Assembly (NCBI GenBank): GCA_040954595.2
Contig: CM082579.2
Span: forward strand, 9,847,625-9,911,624
DNA from: Balanoglossus misakiensis
Lineage: Eukaryota; Animalia; Hemichordata
Length of the DNA: 64,000 bases
Direction of reading: 5' to 3'
Part shown: positions 26,373-37,554 of the stretch, one piece after another
How positions within the stretch are numbered: the first letter of the stretch is position 1
Layout: each line of letters starts with the position of its first letter
Program-made: the position numbers and the translations under genes
The notes under the pieces: generated by a model
The model's database searches: none
What the model saw: only the letters and a program-made list of their open reading frames with translations
Told to the model about the DNA's origin: nothing

Positions 26373-26479
26373 CTTCGTTCTCGCCGCCGTTTACCAAGCA
26401 GATTGTGAAAGTCCAACGAACGACTTTGTCGACGTACCAAGTTGTACTAACTATGCTTGTTGGAAGTAGGAGTTTTATA
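26373..26479 (-). promoter_or_regulatory. TATA box and probable non-coding first exon of subtilisin copy 2
   Basis: TATAAAA at 26479-26473 and the equivalent donor near 26373. Confidence 0.6.
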
Positions 26480-27885
26480 GACCAGCGGTAATTATTGTGT
26501 TAAAAAATTCACGCATACATTTCTCTCCTATTAAGGACGTGGCACCCTATCTTTGGTCAAGACACTCTAGGGTTAGGGTAACTAGACGCTGACGACATTG
26601 ATATGCAAATTACATAAGTCAAAATTTTAAAGCAGGCTTTTCGTAGTAATTGCATGAACCAGGGAAAGCTGTGTGGTCGATATATCTGTGGATCCCAGAA
26701 TACACGTACCATTCTGGAAAAAAAATATTCATAGATTGTATGTTTACATTCAAAGTAATATCTTCTCTGCCCGTCGCTAACTTGAAAACAACACCGAATT
26801 AAGCCGCGCCGAGCAGAAATATGTCGTCTGCCAAAAAATCAATTTTGATGCAGCAGCCAAAAGAATGCAAAAAACCCTTCTTCATTCTGTGCATATTAAA
26901 TATTTCAAACAACAGAATTTACTTTTTAATGAATAACAAGGCTGTATTCATTAACGGGTTGTAAATTGCCTGTGTTAATAGATCCCAGTGTATATGTATT
27001 AATGAAAACTGGATGAATTTGTTATTAAACTAAGGCTTGAAATATTGCCACTCTTTCATTCTATGTACTTCTACGTTGCAGTATTTTTTATCGGCTTGCT
27101 GAATACATAATGGGATAGGCTAAGATTTCATTTTCTTTTTAAATAAATTTTGTATCAATAACCGATAAAGCAAAGTAATCTATACATCTTGTGGGAACTT
27201 TCCACGGATTCAAATATGTATACAAATCGCATGCAAACATTTAGCATATTAGGCGCCCGTTTACAATTTACAATTTACGCAACGGTGCTTGACATGAATA
27301 ATTGTTTAGGGATTGCTTGAATATTTTATAAGTTTTGACAAAGACACATGAAAATGCAGGCCGTCCCCCTTCCCCCCACACACACTCAACCACCACGTGG
27401 TCCAAGTCCATCTTGTATGTTTCTGTGTTCTGGAAGGGAAATTGTCGTCCAGAATCCATTTATAAGGGTGGATCTACCTTGGCTTGTTCATTAACAGTAC
27501 TCGAGCACAGAAATCCGCACTCATAAGTGTGCGGAAGGGATAAAAGCAGATGTTGGCACACATCACTTTCCTTTATAGCTGCTGTCCTGAACACTGGCCA
27601 ATCTAGAACTGAAATACCGTACTGGAAAAAGTGCATTGGTCTACAGTATACTCTCCCGCCATATTCCCAACAGGTGTGATTGTTCAATCAAAATAAGCTG
27701 ACGTCAAAGCAATGTCATTTTAAACATCTAGTCTAGTGGCGTCACATGTCTGTTGTGAAACCCGGTACTAACTAGATAAAAAGGAGGACTAAAAATAACA
27801 TAGGGCCTAAGCCTTGAAGGAAAAGTATAAATTCTAGGCTTTTAATCCAGCTTTCGCTGAACAAGAAACCGTACTTGTTACATAG

Positions 27886-29031
27886 AACAAAAATGCACGA
27901 GGTTACATTTATGTGGCGAGAATTAAGAAATCTCTCGAAGCCCAATCATTGCTACCTGAATTCACAAATTCTCCAGTTCAACAAATACGCCTTTGCCGTT
28001 ATTTTTAATACCCGTATAAATTCTTCATAAATTTTCAGATACCCTTTTTTAATCATTCAATGTACCAGTAACATGTTGCCTTATAAATAAACATGTTGTT
28101 TTCCGACCAAGAAACCAATTAAAGAGGTAAATTTAAAAGTTAAACATCCGCTGCCGTTATTTTTGGACTTCCGTTACCGTTACAAAACATTTCTTGGTAT
28201 CGGAATAAAATATATATGCAAATGAAAGCGTCTAATGCAATAATACCAGTTTTTCGGGGTGGGGTGTGGGGTGAGGGGTGGGGCTCGGCGTATCCACCGT
28301 ATCGCTGGGGGCATTTGGCTGCTTACAAAATAAACAGTGGTGGATGGAGTCAAGCCAAGAGTCCCTGAGAAAAACAACTACGTGTAGTAGTGCACCCGTG
28401 CTTCGGGCCGCCAGTTTTATCCCTCAAAAAATAAAGATTTGGAGATGCCGGGTTTCGAACTCGTCAAAATACGGACATCACTCGAATACGACGCGTTATC
28501 GACCAAAATTCGTGTAATAACCCCTAATTATTAAAACACCTGCTGCCGTTATCTTTGGAGTTCCTTTACAAAATATTTCTTGGTATGGTATGCAAATGAA
28601 AACTTTTTTTTCGGAACAAAAAATGCACGCGATAACATATATGTGGCGAGAATTAAGAAATCTCTCGAAGCCCAATCATTGCTACCTGAATTCACAAATT
28701 CTCCAGTTCAACAAATACGCCTTTGCCGTTATTTTTAATACCCGTATAAATTCTTCATAAATTTTCAGATACCCTTTTTTTAAACATTCTATGTACCAGT
28801 AACATGTTGCCTTATAAATAAACATGTTGTTTTCCGACCAAGAAACCAATTAAAGAGGTAAATTTCAAAGTTAAACATCCGCTGCCGTTATTTTTGGACT
28901 TCCGTTACCGTTACAAAACATTTCTTGGTATCGGAATAAAATATATATGCAAATGAAAGCGTCTAATGCAATAATACCAGTTTTTCGGGGTGGGGTGTGG
29001 GGTGAGGGGGTGGGGCTCGGCGTATCCACCG
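27886..29031 (+). repeat. Same tandem repeat, about 1.5 copies
   Basis: Units start at about 27886 and 28615; one unit fewer than in copy 1. Confidence 0.9.
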
Positions 29032-29916
29032 TTTTGACGTTCACAGTATGATCTATTATTATAACACCTGTATTGTACCAAAGAAACACTTGTTGTTTCG
29101 ATTCAAGTACTGTACTATGTCACAGTAATAAATCATCTATATTACACAAAAGAAACGGATACTCAGTTTAGGGTAAATGTTATTTCTAGGCTTTACTAAA
29201 ATGTAGCGAAGAGAACAAAATGTGGATGTCACATAGAACAAAAACAACAACAAAAACTTAAAATATATCCAGATGGTACAGATAGAGACCCTGTAATATC
29301 ACATGAATTTAATTTTATTTCCTTATTTCCGAGGGTGGGGGGGGAAATGATTAAGGCAACTTTCCCCCTTTGATATACTATAATGTCGTTTTGTCAATAA
29401 ACAATCGAATGTAAATTAATGAATAAACCTCTTGCGCATTACTCAGGAGATTTTTGTGCGCATGCGTAAATATATGGCAAATCCCTAGTTTGTCAGAGGC
29501 TGTGGAACGTGAGGCCCAGTCTACAGGCAAGGCTAGTCATGCTCGTGTGCTGATATCGTGCATGTATCGCGTGTACTATATATGGATGTCACCTAAAACC
29601 AGTCGAAGATCGACGAGCCAAGGAAGAAAAATAAAACAACTCAAAGAAATGCATTTATTGAAATCACCTGACGACATTTTGCATCCGAGATGGCGCTCAA
29701 GTGGGTGCACCGCCCATAGTGCGAACAATGGAGTTACCCAAAGCAAACGTTTGGGACCAGAATTGCATATTTACCCGACCGGTGCAGTACGTACATATTG
29801 TGTGTTATTTGACGAGGTTCTGAAAGAACCCCAGAAATGGAAGGGCGATTCTTCGGGGCATGATCCCAGCACAGCAACATCAAGGAATAACTGGTCAATG
29901 AGAATGAGACAAAGAC

Positions 29917-29970
<54 letters not shown>

Positions 29971-32794
29971 CATACAGACAGAGAGACAGACAGGCAGAGA
30001 GAAAGACAAAAAAACCTCGTCGATCAAAATCGTAAGAAGAAACACAAGAAAGATAAGGATTTATACAATTACTCGTGTAAATACGCCATATCTATTTTAC
30101 ACATTTTCTAACAAACCTATCGTCAAACTACCTGACATTGTCATGAGTTACACAACCATCATAGTAACCTACATTATAGTATTTAACCAGTTAGATCGAT
30201 GTTTACGCCCTCTTGAAGCCAGATGGACACAATTTCCAACTTTATAACGCAGTATACAAATATTGAACGCTTGTCGGCAACGCCAAATACATTCTACTTT
30301 CACAACAGCAGGAAACTTACGTTATCTGTGTACGCATCGCAAACTTCTATGATTCTACGACTGCAGTCCGAAACATTGCCGCACACCGTGTGTAAGGGAG
30401 ACACAAAATCAAAATGTATGAAGATGGTCGTGTCTTCATTACTTTCACGGTAGTACACTGGGTCATTTATTGTGACGATGTTCCCGTGATCAAAATTGTT
30501 CAGTTACATAAACCCGCCGTATTTGGTTTGCAACTTCATCGACAATCTGCAAAATAACTAACACGTTATATGGTGGGCTGTCCCATCATACGCCGTCGAC
30601 CTATTAATTCATTGTGTGGATACTTCGTTTTTTTTCAAATACTCGTGTGCAGCACTCAACGTCTAAATATCAGTATAGTTTATTGGTGCAATTGTTTAAT
30701 AAACAACAATTGATCGTTCGCTCTTATGTGGTCCAATAGAAATGATACACTTGACAAGAAAATTCTTCTGTAGTAACGTACGTGTCGTTGTGGCGGACGT
30801 CTACACTAAGGTCGATGACATGACGACATGGTCTGTTGGACAAATCCCTCGCTGGTATATTTATGACGCCAGTTTCGCCTGATAAGCAAGTACTTGTTCC
30901 GTTGGCAAGATGATTGTTATCTGGGGTATAAGGAACGACAAACAACATAAATGTTGTTGGACCAATAGATGCCTTTCATTAAAAAGAAGTAATGCACTAT
31001 TTGTTTTACTTTGACCCAGCACATTACAATTGGAAAGTAATTTATAGAGAGTTAATTCATTATGCCTAGGCAAACTGAAATCATTTGTATAGTTATACGC
31101 GCTCAGCATTCATGACCTCCCCATGAAGTGCACATAAATCTACACGCATGGTATTTACACCTGGCAGGCCAGAGCACAGCCTGTTCTATAAATAGTTGCG
31201 TTGTGGTTTGAGACACAGCAACCGTCGCCAATTAATCATTGTGAATGTCAACACTGTCGCCCTCTGCCGTTCGTTTGTCCGTCCGTCCATCAACAATTCA
31301 CTTCTTCTCAAAAACTTCTGGTCATACAATTTTGTAAAACGGTTTGTAGTTCACTGGGGATAATCTTACAGTATTCATATTCGTTCGAATCTTATTGTAT
31401 CATTTTGGGGGCAACATTTGTCAGTTTTTGTCAAAATCGTCTACTCGGAATCCACATGTCCAATTGCTTTAATATTTGCTATGCAGTAGACTTGCTCCAA
31501 GTCTAAGGGCTTCATTATTTTATAATAAATACATTTAAAAAACTTGTTCCGAATTTCTCTATGTACCGTGTGTGGAGTAAACGTCAGCGTGTGTGCGCGT
31601 GTATGTATGTGTAGGGATTGTACTAGTCGCTTGGTCGACGCTACCCGACACCACAAGCTCAGTCGCAAATTCGAAACTCGCCTCACTACCAAAAACACGC
31701 TAAAGGCAAGCATGCACGCAAAAAGTATTGAAATTATTTATTAAGACAAAAAACCACCGAAAACACAAAAAGTTTTGAGATTTAAAAATCACCAAGCGAC
31801 TAGTGGGCTAGTCTAGCTGTGCAGGTAAATCGATTTGAAATTTGGCGTGCAGGTCCCTCGGGTGTCCTAAGTTACTTGTTTTTGAAACTGTGACGAAATC
31901 TGCTAACCATAAGCTTATACAAGTAATATTAGCGTGAAGTGTAAACTATTTAAAATACGTAGAATCAAGCATGGCTTATCGAAATATGTAAGACAGGGTG
32001 AGGCGCACTGAGATGGCATTTACCAATGTCTGAACACAAAGAGAACGAAATGGGTCTCTAAAAAATCAAACTCCCCGTGGAGTAATGATGATCTTTGGAA
32101 TCACAGCCATCATTGACAGGCATGTAAGGTGATATATCATTGCATGAATGGGTCAGTTTTATTCTGTATGTATCCTATTGATCAAAAGGAACATACGCAC
32201 CGCATTCAGTGGATGTTTGAAGACAATGAACAAACAAATGTGCGGAGTCGAAAACATTTTCAATTGAATCAAATTTGAAGTGGGATTGGAAGTATTTACG
32301 CTGCGCTTGTGAGAGATAATTCATGAAGCTGGTTTTATTTACCTAAACGAGAAATGGGGAAAGAGCACTGTAGCTATACATGTACCTTTTGATATTTTTC
32401 AGTTTTTTTTTTTATTCTGTGAAACCACTAGATTGGTTGGTTATAGGCTGTGACGTTGTTGTTGTTGTTATAGGGTGAAGAACAAGAAATTGTAGTCGAC
32501 ACACGAAATGAAAATACTAAAAATATTGTCGAAAGTTACATCTATACTTTCTCCTTGAAAGTAATAACACAGCAATAAACTCATTTCAAAAAGTAAGCCA
32601 GTTTCAACTCAAAGACATACAACGAAAGAGTGACTGATATAAACGTATGAAATAAACACGTGAGAATTTCTGCGTGTTTTACTTAATACCCCCCCCCCCC
32701 CCTTCGGTAATGACTAATATAAACCCGCAACAAACAACGACGACCAATTCAATTTTGCATCACTAAAGGGGCACAACCTGGACCGTTATTGAAT

Positions 32795-34993
32795 TTATTC
32801 AGCAAATATTTTGATGCAGCTGTTTTCAGTGTCGGCAACAACTACTCGGGGTATGAGGTCATCAGTCAACGCGATGCCGGTTGGGTAGTGCAAGTTGTCG
32901 ATACTCCTATTGACACGTGACATTATTTTACCCTTCATGTCTAATTTACTAACAGCATATGCACCGTGCACACCGTGAGTGACATACATGAATTTGTCAC
33001 CGTGAATAGCCACACCTCGAGCATGGGTTATCTCTACTGATTCCATGACAGCTTTGCCATGCACATCACAACCATACACGCGATTCTTGCAATAGTCTGC
33101 CACGTACAATGTACCTGTGCTGCTGATCGCCATAAAGTACGGCGCTTTGAAGGTAACTTGACCTTTGCCAGGCTTGCCCAGAGTTCTGACATGATTTCCT
33201 TCTTGTGTGTACACTTCCACCAACCCACTGTCTCTACTGCATACGAAAACGTTTCCATCGATTGGGTGAATTGAAATACCGCTAGGTCTGTTCAGTTCTG
33301 TCTCACCAAAGCATCTGATCAGCTGACCGTCGTCATCAATGACAACTACTTGATCATTGCCTACATCTGTCGTGAAGTACGCATTGTCTGGTGAGATAGC
33401 CACGTTCTTTGGTTGGAATGAATTCTTAAATTTGGTGAAAGTCATGCTTTTCTTGAAGTTCCACCCTTTGTCGAATATTTGTAGGCGATTGTTGTTTCTG
33501 TCGGCGATGACGAAATTTCCGCGTTTGTCTTTTGTGACGCCCCGGGGAAAAGAAAAGTTGCCGTCTTCACCTCCCACCCTACCGACGGTTCTTATCAGAC
33601 CAGTGACACGCGCAGGAAATACAAATGGTGATCCGGGTAAGCTCTGGTCATCTAACGTCATGGAGACACGATAAGAACCTTCACTGTGGGTAGTGATGAC
33701 TGTTGTGTGTGTTCCGTCGCAATTGTTGTGAAATACAAGCTGGTCAATTTCACCGTTCGGAGTCAGAAGAGAGCCGCTGAGTTTCTGTCTCGGAATGACG
33801 TCACAGCCTCTAAAGTCTCTGGTCCGTATGACAACACGAGTAGAATCGCCAGGCCTCATTTGCATTGGAACATTTTCGATGACGCATTTCTGTACACAAG
33901 CATCATCTTTTATCCACCCAAAGTCGTCAACAATGATGTCTGATTTCCCCCCAAAATCGAATTGATCCGTTTGCGCTTCATACTCATCTGGCGTGTCCAG
34001 AAGTTCACGGACACGGCGCGTCGTTTCTGGTCGCGTAGACAGCAAGTGCGCAGCATGCCCATAATGCATCACAGTCTCTGCATAAGTACGCACGCTGGAG
34101 ACGTTCCCGAAATTGAAATCAAACTCTTGGATGCGAATAGCCATGTGCTTTATTCTCGCGTCGCATTCTCTTTGTAACCCATCCACCAAGCTTTGCTGAT
34201 TGTTTCTTATCCTTTGAATGAGTTCCTCTGCTTTCCTGTTGACCTTTTCCTGTTCTTGAAGACAGTGAGTCTGAATTCTGTCACGTGATGACTTCATCGC
34301 CTTCAGGCCGGTTTGAACCTTGCCCTCTTTCGCTTTCAGTCTTTCAATGTCGTCTCGTAGCTGCTCTCGGTATTCCAGGGCAACTTCTTCCAGGTACCTG
34401 TGCGCATGCTCCGGAACGCGATGGTCGACCACTGAGCACTCAACGCAGACCGGTACCTGGCACGTATCGCAGTAAAACTTTAACTTGCTGTCGGTGTGGA
34501 CCGAACAGTTAATCGCGTGTTCTGCCACTGACAGCCGGGTGGACTTGGTTTCGTTGTGTTCGGTTATTGTCTTCACTTCATGTGAACTGGTCCCTTTAAT
34601 TTTTCTATGCGCTTTTGCGCAGTTGTCACACAGATGTTGGGCGCAGTTTACGCAATTATGCGACGCTGCGCTATCTTCACAAATTTCACACATTTCATGT
34701 GTTAATCCAGACACCGACTTTCTCCTCTCGATCACTAAATCAACCAGGGACTCCATCCAGAAATTTGCTTTCAATCCGCTCACTCCGCCTTCAGGAAGTT
34801 GACAAGGCGTGTTGCAGGCTGGGCAATTCAAGGTGCCGTGTTTCTCCACCCAGGTACTCAAACACTGCTCACAGAATGTGTGCAGACACGGCAAGACTTT
34901 AGGGTTCTTGTATCTCTCCAGGCAGATCGAACAGGCGACGTAATCGTCATCGATTTTGTTGAGGAAATCGTCTAAATCGGGAGAGACGGCCAT
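32795..34993 (-). CDS. TRIM-NHL E3 ubiquitin ligase (RING, two B-boxes, coiled coil, filamin, NHL repeats; TRIM2/3/56/71-like), single coding exon
   Basis: 732-aa ORF with CSICLERYKNPKVLPCLHTFCEQCL..CPAC (RING), CEIC..CVNCAQHLCDNCAKAH, CSVH..FYCDTCQVPVCVECSVVDH, filamin-like DGTHT..GSPF, and NHL motifs FSFPRGV / ADRNNNRLQIF. Confidence 0.95.
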   Translation of the reverse strand: MAVSPDLDDFLNKIDDDYVACSICLERYKNPKVLPCLHTFCEQCLSTWVEKHGTLNCPACNTPCQLPEGGVSGLKANFWMESLVDLVIERRKSVSGLTHEMCEICEDSAASHNCVNCAQHLCDNCAKAHRKIKGTSSHEVKTITEHNETKSTRLSVAEHAINCSVHTDSKLKFYCDTCQVPVCVECSVVDHRVPEHAHRYLEEVALEYREQLRDDIERLKAKEGKVQTGLKAMKSSRDRIQTHCLQEQEKVNRKAEELIQRIRNNQQSLVDGLQRECDARIKHMAIRIQEFDFNFGNVSSVRTYAETVMHYGHAAHLLSTRPETTRRVRELLDTPDEYEAQTDQFDFGGKSDIIVDDFGWIKDDACVQKCVIENVPMQMRPGDSTRVVIRTRDFRGCDVIPRQKLSGSLLTPNGEIDQLVFHNNCDGTHTTVITTHSEGSYRVSMTLDDQSLPGSPFVFPARVTGLIRTVGRVGGEDGNFSFPRGVTKDKRGNFVIADRNNNRLQIFDKGWNFKKSMTFTKFKNSFQPKNVAISPDNAYFTTDVGNDQVVVIDDDGQLIRCFGETELNRPSGISIHPIDGNVFVCSRDSGLVEVYTQEGNHVRTLGKPGKGQVTFKAPYFMAISSTGTLYVADYCKNRVYGCDVHGKAVMESVEITHARGVAIHGDKFMYVTHGVHGAYAVSKLDMKGKIMSRVNRSIDNLHYPTGIALTDDLIPRVVVADTENSCIKIFAE

Positions 34994-36504
34994 CGTTACT
35001 CAAGAACTGGTTGGTAACTGAATATGACTGTGGTTCACTTCGGGGAGTGTCCGTTTAGAACCTCTCAGTTTTGTGAGAATTTTCAATACGTGAGATTTTG
35101 AAATCGCAGGCATTCGCCCATGTGTGTGTTTTTTAAAAAAAAAAAACCACAACTTTCCTCCCATCTTTCATTTTATATTAACTTCACCATAAACTTCGAG
35201 ACATTACATGCAATGATGAGGATATAAATTTGCTTTTCAACTTAACTAGGTCAATTCTTGTCATCGACTTAGGTGGCCTTATAAGCAGTGCGAGTATAGG
35301 GTCAGAAGTTTGCGCGTGAAAAGTGCATGTATAACAATAATTGCTGATGTTGACATGTAGCGATAACACTACTGCAGGTTAACTTTTTAGTGCAGGTGAC
35401 AGGTTTTGAATGACAGGAATATGGATCGATCGTCGAGTTGTACACTGCACACTTGTCGCGTATTTAACATGAGTGGGAACATTGCGTTCAGTTCGGCGAA
35501 CGAACTGTACACAATGTCAGAAAGAAAATCAAGGGACCCAAGTTCGGATCTCCTCTGAGTTTGCTCTCCAAAATAATTCAGCTGCCTTTGATGTTATTCA
35601 GAATTTGCTCACTGAAGAATGCTCAACCAGAATGGGTAATACATGGGGAAGAAGTTCGGAAGAAGTTGGATTCTGACCAAAAATTAAATAATTCAAATAT
35701 TCATATTTAATGTGTATGTATTGGTTGTGAAAGGAGCCTTGACAATAGGCCATTGGGCATGTTTTATTTCTTTTAACTATTTTAATATATAAGAAGAAAC
35801 AAAAATTACAAACAATGAGCAAACAAAGGACAAGTATACAAGATAAAGCTTACAGTCAGGTAATAATGCATAAAAATACAATTGTGTGCAGAGCAACGAA
35901 AGGGAAATGAAAGGTGTACATTTGATGGGCGTTTTTCAACGCCTGGCACTGGTTTTCTGTGTAAATATTGCTGTCAAAAAGTTTGCCACTGATAATGTTA
36001 AAGCTGCAAAATCGAGTGTTTTTGTCGGGTTATCGGCATCACCTGTCAACTTTTGAGGCGTGCCGTCGCCAAAAGTCATCGTCTGGATGGGCGTTAAAAG
36101 TGACGTACATTCGAACCCGACACGCACGATTGCCACCCAACCAGCATTGGCGTATCTAGGGTAGAACCTAGCTTGTAGTTCTAGACTCCGACTGTAGTTT
36201 TTCGATGTGTATTCAGTATTTTTGTTTTGTGTGTCTACGGAGCTTCTTGTTCAAATTGCTGGAACATGATTGAATGCCCAGCATTTCGATCATCAACATA
36301 ACACATACACGTGTATATCGCCGCTGGGTTTTACACTAGGCCTGAATTTATCAGAGTGCATGTCCACTGATGTAACAAATGTCAAAAATTGATGAATGGT
36401 CTGGTGAATGCCAAGTATACAGACTGTTTTGATAATAAAACCACTCACCTCAGTGGGTTAGATAATATTTCAACAACGGCCAGTTTTCAATATGTATACT
36501 TACC

Positions 36505-36620
36505 CAGGAATTGAAGATGACGATCTTACCTTAGAACTCACGGTGTCGTTCTTCTCGGGAACCACAAACACCATTTGCTGATCACGGGCCCTAACATTTG
36601 TTTTTAGCTAGTTATATAGA
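36505..36620 (-). promoter_or_regulatory. Possible TATA element and 5' non-coding exon of the TRIM gene
   Basis: TATATAA on the minus strand at about 36612-36618, followed by GTAAG/GTGAG donors at about 36505-36541. CAG acceptors lie 25-40 nt upstream of the ATG. Confidence 0.4.
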
Positions 36621-37554
36621 CGAAAAAGACGCTCAAATCACTATGCTACAGAGTCAACTTGGATAACTGAGGTGTTTTGTTGGTGAGTAAAGTTTACATG
36701 AAATTTATTTATTAAAAAGCATTTAAAGGCATTAATTACAGTAATATGTTTTAATTCGCAATGTGTTTCTAATGTGTCAGAGGCAGTTTCTTTGTCCTAT
36801 ATAGATACCAGTGAATTTTTCATTGAATGTGCACAGTTTGATTTTGCAACGTATATTATGTATGCCTCGTTTGCATTGCTAAAATCTGATAAAATACGTG
36901 TTATAAGAAGCTGTCAAGGAGTGTATCTCACATGACAATCACATCTTATTTGCCAAGAACCAGACTGAGCGGGGTTTTTTTTCCACTGAAAGACCCAGAT
37001 ATTGATTATGTAAATTAGCATGCTCAAAAGAGTACGTCGTTCGACGATAAAATATAGAGTCGGTCACATAGTCACTTTCATCCTTAATTTATTTGTGTAA
37101 TTACTGACATTCTTGTGCATTAATCCGTTATTGACATTCGCAATTGTTCTCATAAATTGCATGCCAAGCGTCGCCAGCGAAAGCATGAGGTCGCTGATGG
37201 CTGAAGGTGTATGTCTGCAGTTCAAATACCCGGATCACATTGTTAGAAAACAGTTTCAGACATGCAAACAGCCTGTTTTCCTAAGTTTGGGCCCTTCCTA
37301 AGACCGGCGTAATCAGAAAATATAGCAATGTATATCAACACAGTTAATCAAAGAATAGAAGTATAAAATACGTTGTTCCATTTACATGCATTAATCACGA
37401 TAGGTCTACGCCTTCTGATGCGATAAGACGTATTATCGCTTAAAACCATTCAAGATCTGTATCAAACCTGCATTTGGTGGTTCATTGACCACGCTGACCC
37501 TTTATGGGTGAACGCGAATAAGATCAGCGCTTGGTTCGATTTCCGCAGGGACTC

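Larger units (their letters stand above)
19172..31962 (+). repeat. Segmental duplication, copy 2 (B')
   Basis: Direct repeat of 3552-17944, separated from it by a unique 1.2-kb spacer (17945-19171). Confidence 0.95.

Noticed and set aside
33034-34902. Several antisense or alternative-frame ORFs over the TRIM gene
   Set aside because: Shadows of the long real CDS.
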